A stretch of DNA of 64,000 bases, taken from Epithemia pelagica. Lineage: Eukaryota > Protista > Bacillariophyta. Where the stretch lies: positions 2,294,001 through 2,358,000 of the forward strand of contig OX337232.1 in the NCBI GenBank assembly GCA_946965045.2, given 5' to 3'. Position 1 is the stretch's first letter. The number at the start of each line of letters is the position of its first letter. Shown here in pieces: positions 1 through 10,491 of the stretch. The notes beneath the pieces are model-generated. The model was not told where the DNA came from. It searched no databases and worked only from the letters and a program-made list of their open reading frames with translations. Position numbers and translations under genes: made by a program.

Positions 1-895
1 GGGATGACATGAATCTTCCAAATGAAATCTTGTCGTCTCTTCCTTTCCATTGGAGTCTAAGTTGACCTTGCCATTGGAAATTGGAATGCGAGTAAGTCGC
101 TCTACGTAGAGACCGTAGAGAAATCTACCACTACATAATAGACAATAGTCTTTGGTGGGGTCGTCAAAATGATCCACCCTCACCCCCTGGTAAAATGGGG
201 GGCCCAAGGCAGCGGCGAGGAAGAAGAAGGGGAGGAAAAAGGGGAGGATTTTGGCAGCTCAACTCGTGATACACCTCAGCGCTCCAGTAGGGCACAATTA
301 AATTTTGTTGTTGTTGTAAATGTAGGAAGCGCATGTTTGCCGCGGTGTGACTGTGACGATTTATCGCCGCGCGCTCTCTTCGGGTCCGCTCATCCATATT
401 TCCAAGAATCCAATAGACACGTGCTAGTTTCTAATCGCATCTTCGGCGACCCAATCTTGTTATGAAGATAGGACGAAACAAATCGTTCCGCGCATCGGCC
501 GGCGTGATATCGCCAAAGTTCTATTATGGCATGTAGCGAAGAACGCCAGTCGTGCTGCGATATTTAGTCTCATTGGGTCCAAAGTCGCCAAGGCACACAG
601 ACGTTGAAAGAGTGTTAACGTTGCCAACAGAAGTCGTGCCTCGCTTCCTGAGATTTGGAGTTTGTCCATGATATGAAGAGTGAAGAGAAGGGAAAGTGAT
701 TATCATTGAAACGTTCCGGGATACTCGTCCAAAACTATTGTCCCCTCTCAATCGTCCTCTTCGTGATTGCGGTTGCGTGGAAAAAGGTTTGCCCATCCAT
801 ACGAGGTTGCCTATCTGGTCACATTCTACTTTGGGAAGAAACCGTACTGCAATTGTAGGCCTGTCTCGGGGGAGTGCCGGAAGGAAAAACACAAC

Positions 896-3800
896 ATGAA
901 GTCGACTGTGGCAGCAGCGTTGTTTATGGCTGCAACAGCCCATGCCAAGCTTGCTGATCGCTCGCGAATCGTAAAACAACGACAGATGGATGGCAAAATT
1001 TCACAATATCACGACAATGGAAGAGCCATTGAAGGACAGGCATATCGTTCAAGGCGCAGAGATATAGAAGCCGATGTTCAGCGACGCCTGGAAGCAGATG
1101 CTAGGGAGCTCGAAACAAAACAGAAATACCCTCCAACCACAACTCGTCAAACAACGATGAAATCCGCTCCATGGCAACTTCCCTTAAGAGAAGGCGTCAG
1201 ACCGTCTCGTGAAGAAAAGGATTCACTGGATGAGATTGAACGAAAATTGTCTTCCCAGTTGACCGGCTGCTGCTACACGTACTCCGGAAACTCTGCAGAG
1301 ACCATGTGTGCCCTTTATGGCAATGACTGCAGTGAAGAGAAAGAGAATTCTCATGATTCTGGTGATGGCAATTGTGAACAAGATGGTCTTTCATTCATTG
1401 GTGTTTCATTCTCCGTTAACACTGCTAGCGGAAACCCTTATTCCTACCAACTCAACGATCAATTCCCAATGGAAAACATTATCGATCGCGACTACGATTA
1501 CGTAATGAGTATGGACGAAGATGGGTGGCTTGTTGGAGGTGGTTATAAAGCATTTGACTATTCGGGAAAGATGCCGTAAGTCCTTCACCAACAGCGTATG
1601 ACATCATTGGATCGTATTCAGTTTCTTCACTTTCCTAACCATCATTTTTTGTACTGCAGATACATCGATTCGTCACATACTGAGCTATTACGTATCGGAA
1701 ACATGAATCCAGACAAAGGAGGGACCTCGATTGATCAAGTCTACTACGCCATGGATGAGATTACATTTCCCCCGTTTTCCATTTACCCCGAATATCTGAA
1801 AGGAGGAGGAGGCCATCATTCAGGAGATGGAGACAATGCTGGAGTCCCAAGTGGAGATGTAACTCTCATCGTTTCTGTTGTGGAGACATACGAAGAGGAT
1901 GATTCAGCGTCCAGTTACGAGACCTTTTTGGAAAATCTCTTTGATGCAATGGACAGCTCTGGAGGTGGACCCTGTATGGATGACCATGATACTGATCCTC
2001 ACGTTTCAATGTCACGTGGTGTCAAGTTCTGGTCCTCGTATCATTCACAACAGTACGCTTACGCCGCAAACTTGGAGGTAGCTTGTTGGCAGTCCATGTA
2101 CCCCCAAGGAACACCCATTGGAAGTACTGCATCTGCCGCTTTTCCGCCAGGGCGAAAAGCAACACCGTATACGGTTGGGTATGGTAATCTGTACTTCTTT
2201 TTTGATCGCGCCAACATCACAAAAGCGTTCAACCCGAACCGTGATTTGACAGACTCCGAATCCTACTATGCAACCATTTACTCCTCCTCAGATGTTTCCA
2301 ACTACTATTCTTCAACGACAACAATTAATTTTGACTACAGTGGATCAGGAGATGGAGACAACGGAAATTTTGAGTGGAACCCTTATTCATGGAACCAACA
2401 GAGTGCGAAGCATGACATGACAGATGGATGGGAACTTCCACCAAATTGTCTAGAAGAAGGAGAGACCTTCTTCGGAATCCCACTTTCGAGGTCAAGTGGA
2501 TCCAAGCTCCAGAGTTCACGCACCTTCCAGGATACTTTTGATTTCGAATACTTGACAGATCGAAATGGTACCTACATTAAGGATTTTGGAACGAATCATG
2601 GTTGGCTCGTGGGTGAAACTCTTGACAATGCTGTGGGGTCAATTGTGGACAAAGATACTGCCCATATACCGCTTTTCTACACGGGAACCACCAACCCAGA
2701 TAAGGTGAGTCGTCGAGGTTCCATGGCGTAGATTCCGTTCGCTACGACCAGGCCAACATTGCTCATATTCTTTATTTTTTCAGGGTGGCATGGCCTTGTC
2801 AGATATCATCTCGATCGCCAAAAAGATTGATTTCGGAACACTTTATATCAAACCGGCATTCGTTTTTCTCGATGAAGATGGTCACATAAAGCTCCAATTT
2901 GAAGCTGACACTCAATCCGCGTTGGCTTACTTATACGATAGTCTCTGTAAGGAGCTTGGTATTACATGGGATTATGAATCACCATACAATAATTTGGGAG
3001 TTTACACGCACTGCGCAATGCACGCAGCAGGAGATCGAGCAAAATATGGATGTGGACCTGATGGATACGGCTATGGTGGGTTCTGCCCTCAAATGACGAT
3101 TGCCTATTCTCCGAAGTTCATAGGTGGAGAGTATTCAGCAGCCTATATTTCTCGTTGCAACAATTATGTGGATTACTGGAGAAAACTCTATCCCAATGGT
3201 GTTGCGGTTGGTACAAACCAATTTTGCAACAATGGTGGCTGTTTGGGGCTTTTCCTTAACCGTTTGGATCTCTACGAAGTTTTCAAACCGGATCTTGGTG
3301 GGTCATGGGTGGAGTACAATGGTGCTTCAATGGCACCCACATATTCTCCAGCTCCAACTTGGCAAGGAGGATGCGATGAGCCCCACAACTTGCATCTCGA
3401 TAAATGTTTCCGTGCCCATGGCCTACATTCCAAGCCCAGTGCAATTGTTTGGGAAGCTCTTGGTTCGGTGGGACAAATTTCGATCGTGTTGGTTATCTTA
3501 ATGGCTTGTACGCTTTCTCTTTCGATCTTTTTAGCACGGGCCCGCAAGAAGAGAAAGCGTGGAGAGTCTTATCTTGGGTTTTTCTTCCGAGACCTCACGC
3601 GAAGACGACGTAAACGACGCAAGGGGGGAAAAGGACTTGAAGATGGCTTGATAAAAGACCCAGACGGTCATAGCAATCGTCGTTCAAAATCTTCAAGTCG
3701 CCATGGCTCAGGTCGTTCCACAAGCAAGTCGAAGAGGCGCAGCAAATCTGTCAGTGCAAGTAGCAGTCGAAGAGGCAGCAGCAAATCTGTTCGTTCCGTT

Positions 3801-3956
3801 TCTGTGCAACCAGAGAGTTCTCGACGTTCCAGAGGATCCTCTCGACGTAGAACTCGCGACCGAGACGAAGATGGTAGATCCGGTGTATTTGATATGACTG
3901 TCACAAACCCCCAACCAAAGGATGACGGGAAAGACATCCGGCAACAGCTTGTTTAA
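896..3956 (+). CDS. Secreted/type-I membrane protein with two degenerate 2H-phosphoesterase-like repeats and a basic Ser/Arg-rich cytoplasmic tail; 3 exons (896-1575, 1660-2704, 2784-3956)
   Basis: Signal peptide MKSTVAAALFMAATAHA at ATG 896. GT-AG introns 1576-1659 and 2705-2783 join the three track ORFs in frame. TM helix (ISIVLVILMACTLSLSIFLA) is followed by RKKRKR. Motifs PHVSM, HIPLF and PQMTIAY are present. Confidence 0.75.
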
Positions 3957-4451
3957 GAGGAGAATTTCGGTTGTGCCACTTGTACGCAACTTCTTCTACT
4001 TTATATAATTTGAAACCTTGCCTCCAGTATTTCCTCGTTCCACATTCAGTGGAGAACGAGCGCTGCTGTATAGTAGTAATCCATAACGTCTTGTTGGAAG
4101 TTTAAGTATCGTGTCTAGAATCAGGTTAAATATTTATACTTTGATTAGAACACTTTTGCATCATGGGCTTGCCTCTAGAGTAGAGAGAGTATCTACCGAA
4201 GGAAGTTGAGACAGGGAGACCTTTTTCAGACTGCTGTCCTCTCTGCCGAATCCTACATGGAGGACAAGATGGATCTCTTTTTGGGAGAGCAGGAAGCAGG
4301 AGCCCATTGCGGGCTTCCTCTGTGTAATGCGCGTACACGCCGCGTACCCACGGTGAGAAGTAGAAAGTAGAAAGTCTTCCGAGTTCCGAGTTTGGAAGTT
4401 GCAAGCTCGCCTGGCTCTGGTCTCTGGTCCATGAAATGCTTGCGATTTGGA

Positions 4452-4560
4452 CAAGGTTGCTACTACGTCACGTCACGGGCCACAACCGTGACGTGACGCC
4501 GTCAAATAGTGACGGGAATATGTTCCCGTCTGGTTTTTCCCGTCACTCCCGTCACCTTTG
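4452..4560. repeat. Subterminal GTGACG/CGTCAC repeat cluster of hAT-1 (left end)
   Basis: Many cgtcac/gtgacg copies directly inside the TIR; probable transposase-binding sites. Confidence 0.8.
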
Positions 4561-4655
4561 GGAAATTGATAAAGACAACATGGATGTATGATGGAAATAA
4601 CATGTATTGACTAACTTGGTGCATAAATATAATATAGAATGGTCTCTGGTGTCTG

Positions 4656-7600
4656 CTAATGGTGTTTGAATGCTCCCATAATGGACGGAAGCTTCATTCC
4701 GTCTCTCCCGAGGATAAATTCTGCAAGCAAATACTTATCCCGCCTCACATAGTCTTTCCGACTAAAGTATCGCTTGTCCTCCTGAGCAAAGTTCTTAAGA
4801 TTTTCACTGGGCAAAGGCTCCAATGTATCTGAGCGTGTCTCTGGTGGGTCTTCGTCGTATCCAGGCTGTAGTTGTTCTGTTGCAGCTGCAGCTGCCCGTT
4901 GCGCAGCACGACCAGCCCGAGTCGGAGAATGTTCCGTTCGTAGACGAGCTGCGTTCTCACGGGCCATTGCAGCAAAATCAACAACACTTCCAGCATCACT
5001 GTCACCATCCAATTCTTCTATATCGATGGGATCATGCATTTCATTTTCATAGCCCGTACCGTCAATAGGATCCTCATCGTACAGGGATTCATCATCAGGA
5101 AACGACGACTGGATTGCATCTAACAATTGTTGCATCTCTGGTCCCAATTGTGTATCGCTTGTATTGGCATTCCCACTGGCATTATTGTTGTCATCCATAT
5201 CTGTCACTGTCTCTGTAGTTTCTGTCGTAGTTCCAGTTCCAGTTCTAGTGTCTTGTTGTTGCGACGTTCTTGCCATGTTGATGGGCAGAAACTCGTCGTT
5301 GCTGTCATATTCTTCTTCATCATAATGCTGGCCGCCTGTGCTTCTCTCTACACGCTGCTCACTGCGTAGCTGTTCATTTGCTATTTCCTGGACATCCTCT
5401 TCTTCATTGTTGTTTGCTGCGCCTGCTGTTTCGTCACGATTCCCAGCAGCCTCTCCAGTACTCTCCTCTGTTGTCTTTGGGTACTCCGTCGCGGATACAA
5501 TGCGATTACGGTGTTGGTTAGTTGGTTTGAATCGCTTTTTCTTCTTTCCACCTCCATGGCCAGTAGTATCTGTGTCATCACTGCCATACACAACTTGCAT
5601 GTCGTGCTTTATCAGCGTCGACTTCTCCATTTTAGCCTGTGAAAGTCGATTTCTGGACTTGGTATTGAAAAGAGCAAAGTCTTTGAAAAGACGCTCACAT
5701 GAAGCACTCTGAACGGGAGCGCCCAAGATCCATGCGGCAAACCTGCAGAAAGCTTCGCCACAGGCTCTGTTCTCAAGATACCAGTCCACAATGCTCGGGA
5801 ACATCTCCGGATCATATGGTAGAGTAAATTTAATACGCAAAGGGTGGTTCGTGAGGTACCTGTGCACTGCAACGACCAGGTTGTTTCGTTCGATGCGCAG
5901 CTTGCGAACACTGGTCGGGTCACTCTTACCACTGTATGCGCTGAGCTCGTGCTTCTCCCAATAGAAACCCGCTGCCCACGCCAATCGCATACTCGACAGC
6001 ACTGCTATTCGGTTTGCAGGCCATGAGCCCCTGGAATACTCGTTGAACGCAATGACGTGAACGGCATACTCCTTGTAAGCTGGGTGAAGCGCAAAGGCAA
6101 GAACATAAAGTGGCTGTTCACATTGCGCCCATCGTTCTCCCAAATCCAGGGTAAGATGCCCAATTTGATCCTCACTTCCAACAAAGTCAAGTACATGCGT
6201 ATACAAGTTTAGAAGCATCAGGAAAACGTCGGCAAGGGTGTTGCATTCACGTTGCATCAGGAATGATGCATCACAAAATGGGCGCACGAGGTACTCTGCT
6301 TCCTCAAGAGAGTGGAAGAAATCTGTTGTGTCCCATGCCTTGCAAGCCTTGGGGAATTCATCATCATCTCCATACTCTACCACGAAGAGTTTGCAAGCCT
6401 TGCGAATGCGAAGCTGTGATGCAAAACACCCCTGAATGGTGTTCCAACGGGTGTCGCCAACTGTCATGATGGTTGTTGCGACTTTGCTTCCATATGTTCG
6501 ACGACAGATTTGTTGGAGCCGCACCAACCATTTGGACGACGACTTAGAAACCTTTGCTGCTGCGGTTATGGCCTTGTTCGCCACATCCTTGAATTGAGGA
6601 GTCTGAACAAGATGGCCCACCATCAGATTCACTTGGTGAGCCCAGCATTTGTGGAAGAGAATATATGGGTGGCGCAAAGATAGGATGCGGCGCGCTCTGG
6701 CACACTGTCCTGCGTTGTCGGACACAAAGTATTTCACCTTGTGGGCATAAGGTCGTAGAGTCTCCGTTCGCAGGATATCTTCCTCCCATACCTTAGCGAT
6801 TGCCAATGCATGGTGAGTGTCGCCTTCTTTGTAGGTTGATAGTAAGAACGACTTTGGTCCTGCCTTGACCATTACACCTTGTATGTGTACCTTGTTAATC
6901 ATTTCCCAGCCATCGACCACGATGCCGAAGTGGTGGCCTTGCATAGAGGCTTCAAGGATGGACTTGTTGCGATTCTCCAAGGCCTTGTTGTATCGATCAT
7001 TTAAAATCTTTTCCGACAGCCACCATCGCCCTTTCAAAGCTCGTGATGACTGTGGACGAAGAAAATCAAGAAGACGATGGAAAGACGGTCGTTCAACTAC
7101 GGAAAAGCCAGTTGACAAGTCGATAACAAGTTCCAGGACCAACTTGTTGAGTTCTTTCTGCTCGGCTTCTGAAAGAGGCGGAGAAGCATTGAAGTATTCT
7201 TCCATCCTGCTCCTGAGAGCAGGCTTTTTCATGCCCAGTGACAACGATGAAGAAGATGGGTGGGGTGGTGGTCGCTTGAGATTGGATGTGGCCTCTGCTT
7301 CTGCTGGACTTGTAGTGAGGTAGCTACTGATGGAACCTCCCTGTACACTTCTCCTTGCAATAGTATCAATAGGTGGCTGTGGTTGTGCTTGCACTTCTGT
7401 ACTTCGCGATGCCTTGATGTGGTTTTGAAAGGCTTGACACTTGTTGAGGTGCTGTTTGCACTTATCGGGGCGCTTGCGCATCTCTTTTGGTTTTGGTGGC
7501 ATACCAATGGATTGATGGCTCTTGAACTTTTCAAGTTCTCTTTCGTAGTGCAACTTGCAATGGCAGCAGACTACGTACAAGTTGCCGCCACTTCGTCGCC

Positions 7601-7835
7601 CAACTTCTACGAAGTTGTTGTAAATTTCTTCGTTGGCCTTGTGGGCTCGGCTTTTGCCTCCTCTTGAACCCCCCTTCCTTTTCCCGTTGTTAGGATTCTG
7701 CTCTGTTGTTGTTGTCTCTGTCGCTTCTTCTTCCCCCGTAGCTTCATTGTTGTTGTCGTCGTCGTCGTCATCTCCTCCTCCTGATTCCGGCACGTACACG
7801 TAGGGCTCGTCGTCATCGTCCGAATCCGAAGGCAT
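4656..7835 (-). CDS. hAT transposase, 1059 aa, uninterrupted
   Basis: N-terminal BED-like zinc finger (CCHC...C...H), VVDGW, FVSDNA, CWAH (CxxH), DTRW and SASCERLF dimerization-domain motifs, plus a long acidic C-terminal tail. Confidence 0.9.
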   Translation of the reverse strand: MPSDSDDDDEPYVYVPESGGGDDDDDDNNNEATGEEEATETTTTEQNPNNGKRKGGSRGGKSRAHKANEEIYNNFVEVGRRSGGNLYVVCCHCKLHYERELEKFKSHQSIGMPPKPKEMRKRPDKCKQHLNKCQAFQNHIKASRSTEVQAQPQPPIDTIARRSVQGGSISSYLTTSPAEAEATSNLKRPPPHPSSSSLSLGMKKPALRSRMEEYFNASPPLSEAEQKELNKLVLELVIDLSTGFSVVERPSFHRLLDFLRPQSSRALKGRWWLSEKILNDRYNKALENRNKSILEASMQGHHFGIVVDGWEMINKVHIQGVMVKAGPKSFLLSTYKEGDTHHALAIAKVWEEDILRTETLRPYAHKVKYFVSDNAGQCARARRILSLRHPYILFHKCWAHQVNLMVGHLVQTPQFKDVANKAITAAAKVSKSSSKWLVRLQQICRRTYGSKVATTIMTVGDTRWNTIQGCFASQLRIRKACKLFVVEYGDDDEFPKACKAWDTTDFFHSLEEAEYLVRPFCDASFLMQRECNTLADVFLMLLNLYTHVLDFVGSEDQIGHLTLDLGERWAQCEQPLYVLAFALHPAYKEYAVHVIAFNEYSRGSWPANRIAVLSSMRLAWAAGFYWEKHELSAYSGKSDPTSVRKLRIERNNLVVAVHRYLTNHPLRIKFTLPYDPEMFPSIVDWYLENRACGEAFCRFAAWILGAPVQSASCERLFKDFALFNTKSRNRLSQAKMEKSTLIKHDMQVVYGSDDTDTTGHGGGKKKKRFKPTNQHRNRIVSATEYPKTTEESTGEAAGNRDETAGAANNNEEEDVQEIANEQLRSEQRVERSTGGQHYDEEEYDSNDEFLPINMARTSQQQDTRTGTGTTTETTETVTDMDDNNNASGNANTSDTQLGPEMQQLLDAIQSSFPDDESLYDEDPIDGTGYENEMHDPIDIEELDGDSDAGSVVDFAAMARENAARLRTEHSPTRAGRAAQRAAAAATEQLQPGYDEDPPETRSDTLEPLPSENLKNFAQEDKRYFSRKDYVRRDKYLLAEFILGRDGMKLPSIMGAFKHH

Positions 7836-8019
7836 CTTGGTCGTGGTCTCCTTCCTGTTCCTGCTCTCTTATTCTTGGCTTCTGAGGGAATGATCATTCA
7901 TGATCATCAATGGTTGATTGTTGTGTATTCCTTGGATCATGTTTTTATGCCATTTTTGTGCGTTTCTCGCCATTTCTGTTTGACGACAAGATCCAAAAAA
8001 GATTTTTTGTTTCCCGTCA

Positions 8020-8133
8020 CATTTTTTCATTCCCGTCATTCGTCACAGCCTGATGGCCTGACGTGACGTCGTCAATTTTACGTCACGTCACGTGACGTGC
8101 GTCAATTGTGACGTCGTCACAGTAGCATCCTTG
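8020..8133. repeat. Subterminal GTGACG/CGTCAC repeat cluster of hAT-1 (right end)
   Basis: Sequence tgacgtgacgtcgtc...cgtcacgtcacgtgacgtg...gtgacgtcgtcac next to the TIR. Confidence 0.8.
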
Positions 8134-8176
8134 ATTTGGACTCTTTGTAGGCATTAGTTGCAGGGTTGTGAAGTAC

Positions 8177-8640
8177 GCACACTCACAACTTGTACTTGAC
8201 TACTAGTCCTTAAGTACACTAAAACTAGTAGCTGTTACTTTACTCTTATTACTTTAAGTACGTCTAATGAAAGCATATACTTTTCATGTAATACTGACAA
8301 GATTAGTCGTCTGTGCTGATTAATTAACGTACTTAACTTAAGATAAGTAAGTACAACAATCTAACCAGACTTACTTTACTTAGCAAAAGTATCTGTTACC
8401 GATACTGTGCTGGTACTTTAATATCAACAAGTACCACATCATGAGAGTTTCCCTCGCCTTACTTACTCCAAGTAAGTGCCTTGCTGTCTAACCCAAAGTA
8501 CTTAATTTATAACATTAAGTACGTACTTTCAAGTAATCAAAGTACCTACTTCACGCATCAATTTATCACTTACCTGTTACAGTCTGTTACATACTACTGC
8601 TCTCCAAGGTACAAGTGCAGCGTTCAGTGCAGTGCATAGT
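8177..8640. repeat. AT-rich subterminal region of hAT-2 with many AAGTA(C)/TACTT motifs
   Basis: Repeated aagtac, tactt and gtact words, mirrored at 14550-14876. Confidence 0.75.
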
Positions 8641-8717
8641 GCATCCTGTGTTCCTTGCCCAATTGCCCAATTCCAATCCCATTTTCCAATCCAAGTAATG
8701 AGACATCCCCATTCACC

Positions 8718-10445
8718 ATGTCGATGGATTCTCTCATAGAGGACAATTCTCTTCTGCAATTCACATCAACCTGTCACATCGAGTGGTCTCTGTCATGCTG
8801 TGACTCATATTCTCTTTTCATTGCGGACAGTATTACTTCATGCATTCTGGCTCCGCACGAGGAACAATTACATGCGGTTGTTACTGCCTATGCCTCCTGG
8901 CTGAACCGTAATCAGCATTCGATAAAACTTCATACTCTCTCGGAATGTCAAGCAAGTCACCATTGTATTATACCCAGATTTTCTTTCGAACAACTCCTTT
9001 TTCAAGTTAGCTCCCTTATTCTCCAATGGCTCAATGGAACAGACGAACACAACCTTATTTCCATCACATCACACGACGAAACAACCGATCTTTATCTTGA
9101 AGTAAAATGCACACCGAAGTTCTCAATCTCCCCATGTATGGGTTGTTCCCAGTGCACCTCTTTTGTCATTGACGAAATCAAGGAATATCCCGACGACTCT
9201 TTGCTGAGTATTGTTCTTGCATGGATACAGCGCAATCAAGCCCAATTCGTTGTCACTGATACCCTAACAGGTGTCTCCACTGTTCCCAACTCAATTGAAA
9301 CGGTAATGGAAATTTTACTGAATTATATATCGGAAAAGATAACTCAATTACCGACTCCACCAGACCCCCTAAGCACACCACCCGTGTCCATCCAAGATGT
9401 ATCCAAAAAAGCCTCTGACGATTCCACCACATCCTCATTATCTCAATCCACGAACTCTGTGCAGAATACGAAAACATCTTCTCCTAAAAAGCTCAGTCCA
9501 TCCCGCCACAAGTACCAAACTCGGAAACAGAATGCTTTACTTTCGAGAGAAATCATTCTTGGGTCAAAATCTCGCAACAAAGTACAATACAATGATGGGA
9601 AAGGACCACGTCGGTTCATGCATGGCGACCCATTCAAAATATCCCCAAGTCGCATTACATGCCCGAATTTACCACTCCGGCCATCCGCAACAACTATCGC
9701 AGATCGAGAAGCTTTCCTTGACAAACTACAAGCCTTCCACAACGTGCTTAAAAGTTCTGGACTCCATTCTCCTCGTGATGCCTGGGAAGAATGGATGGAC
9801 ATGGTGGGAGGTGATGACAAACTAGCGGACAAGGCCTTCATGTGTCTCATAATCATTCTTATGAGCTCGAGTACAACAGACAGTCAATTAGCGGCATTCA
9901 TTCCCAAAATATTCTCTGCCGGTGTTACCTCCGCTGATGGTGTTCTCGAAGTGGTAGATCGCATTGGAATTGACCCCTTTTGTGCACTAATCTCTCCAGT
10001 TGGCCGTTTCCATCAAAATGCTGAAAGGATTGTCCATTCGGCATCGTACTTTGTCACCAGATATAACGGCAGAATCCCCAACGACATATCCATACGAGAG
10101 TTGACCTCCTTGTTTGGAATTGGATACAAGACAGCACAAATTGTTGTATCCACTGCATTTGACCGAATAGATGGCATCCCATCTGACGTCCATGTTATGC
10201 GTTGGTGCGAGGCACTGAAATGGACACCGCCACTTTCAAACGACGGTCTACTCTGTTTGAAGTGCATAGAACAATGGCTGCCTCCATCAAAATGGGGAAT
10301 AATCAATCCCCTGTTTGGTGGAATTGGTCAGCTGATACAAAATCTGGAAAAACGTCCGCAATTGCTAGCATTATTGGACGAGAACGGCTCTGACATGCTA
10401 CAATCTACGATTCGCCGGATTCTAAAAGCTTACGGTAAATACTAA
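8718..10445 (+). CDS. Endonuclease III / NTH1-like HhH-GPD DNA glycosylase-AP lyase with a novel ~350-aa N-terminal extension; cargo of hAT-2
   Basis: Segments ILMSSSTTD, ISPVGRFHQNAERI, RYNGRIP..ELTSLFGIGYKTA (HhH with catalytic Lys), GIPSDVHVMR (catalytic Asp) and EQWLPPSKWGIINPLFGGIGQ are collinear with eukaryotic NTH1. There is no C-terminal Fe-S Cys cluster. First ATG is at 8718. Confidence 0.85.
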   Translation: MSMDSLIEDNSLLQFTSTCHIEWSLSCCDSYSLFIADSITSCILAPHEEQLHAVVTAYASWLNRNQHSIKLHTLSECQASHHCIIPRFSFEQLLFQVSSLILQWLNGTDEHNLISITSHDETTDLYLEVKCTPKFSISPCMGCSQCTSFVIDEIKEYPDDSLLSIVLAWIQRNQAQFVVTDTLTGVSTVPNSIETVMEILLNYISEKITQLPTPPDPLSTPPVSIQDVSKKASDDSTTSSLSQSTNSVQNTKTSSPKKLSPSRHKYQTRKQNALLSREIILGSKSRNKVQYNDGKGPRRFMHGDPFKISPSRITCPNLPLRPSATTIADREAFLDKLQAFHNVLKSSGLHSPRDAWEEWMDMVGGDDKLADKAFMCLIIILMSSSTTDSQLAAFIPKIFSAGVTSADGVLEVVDRIGIDPFCALISPVGRFHQNAERIVHSASYFVTRYNGRIPNDISIRELTSLFGIGYKTAQIVVSTAFDRIDGIPSDVHVMRWCEALKWTPPLSNDGLLCLKCIEQWLPPSKWGIINPLFGGIGQLIQNLEKRPQLLALLDENGSDMLQSTIRRILKAYGKY

Positions 10446-10491
10446 GTTGGTTGAATGTTCATTAAAATACTACTTTAGTTCTTCGCTGGTG

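Larger units (their letters stand above)
4452..8133 (-). mobile_element. hAT-family DNA transposon (hAT-1), apparently intact
   Basis: TIRs CAAGGTTGCTAC (4452-4463) and GTAGCATCCTTG (8122-8133), 1 mismatch. Flanking direct repeat ATTTGGA at 4445-4451 and 8134-8140. Dense subterminal GTGACG/CGTCAC repeats. Contains a hAT transposase ORF. Confidence 0.92.

Noticed and set aside
164-465. Short overlapping ORFs upstream of the first gene
   Set aside because: No recognisable motifs; consistent with promoter or intergenic sequence.
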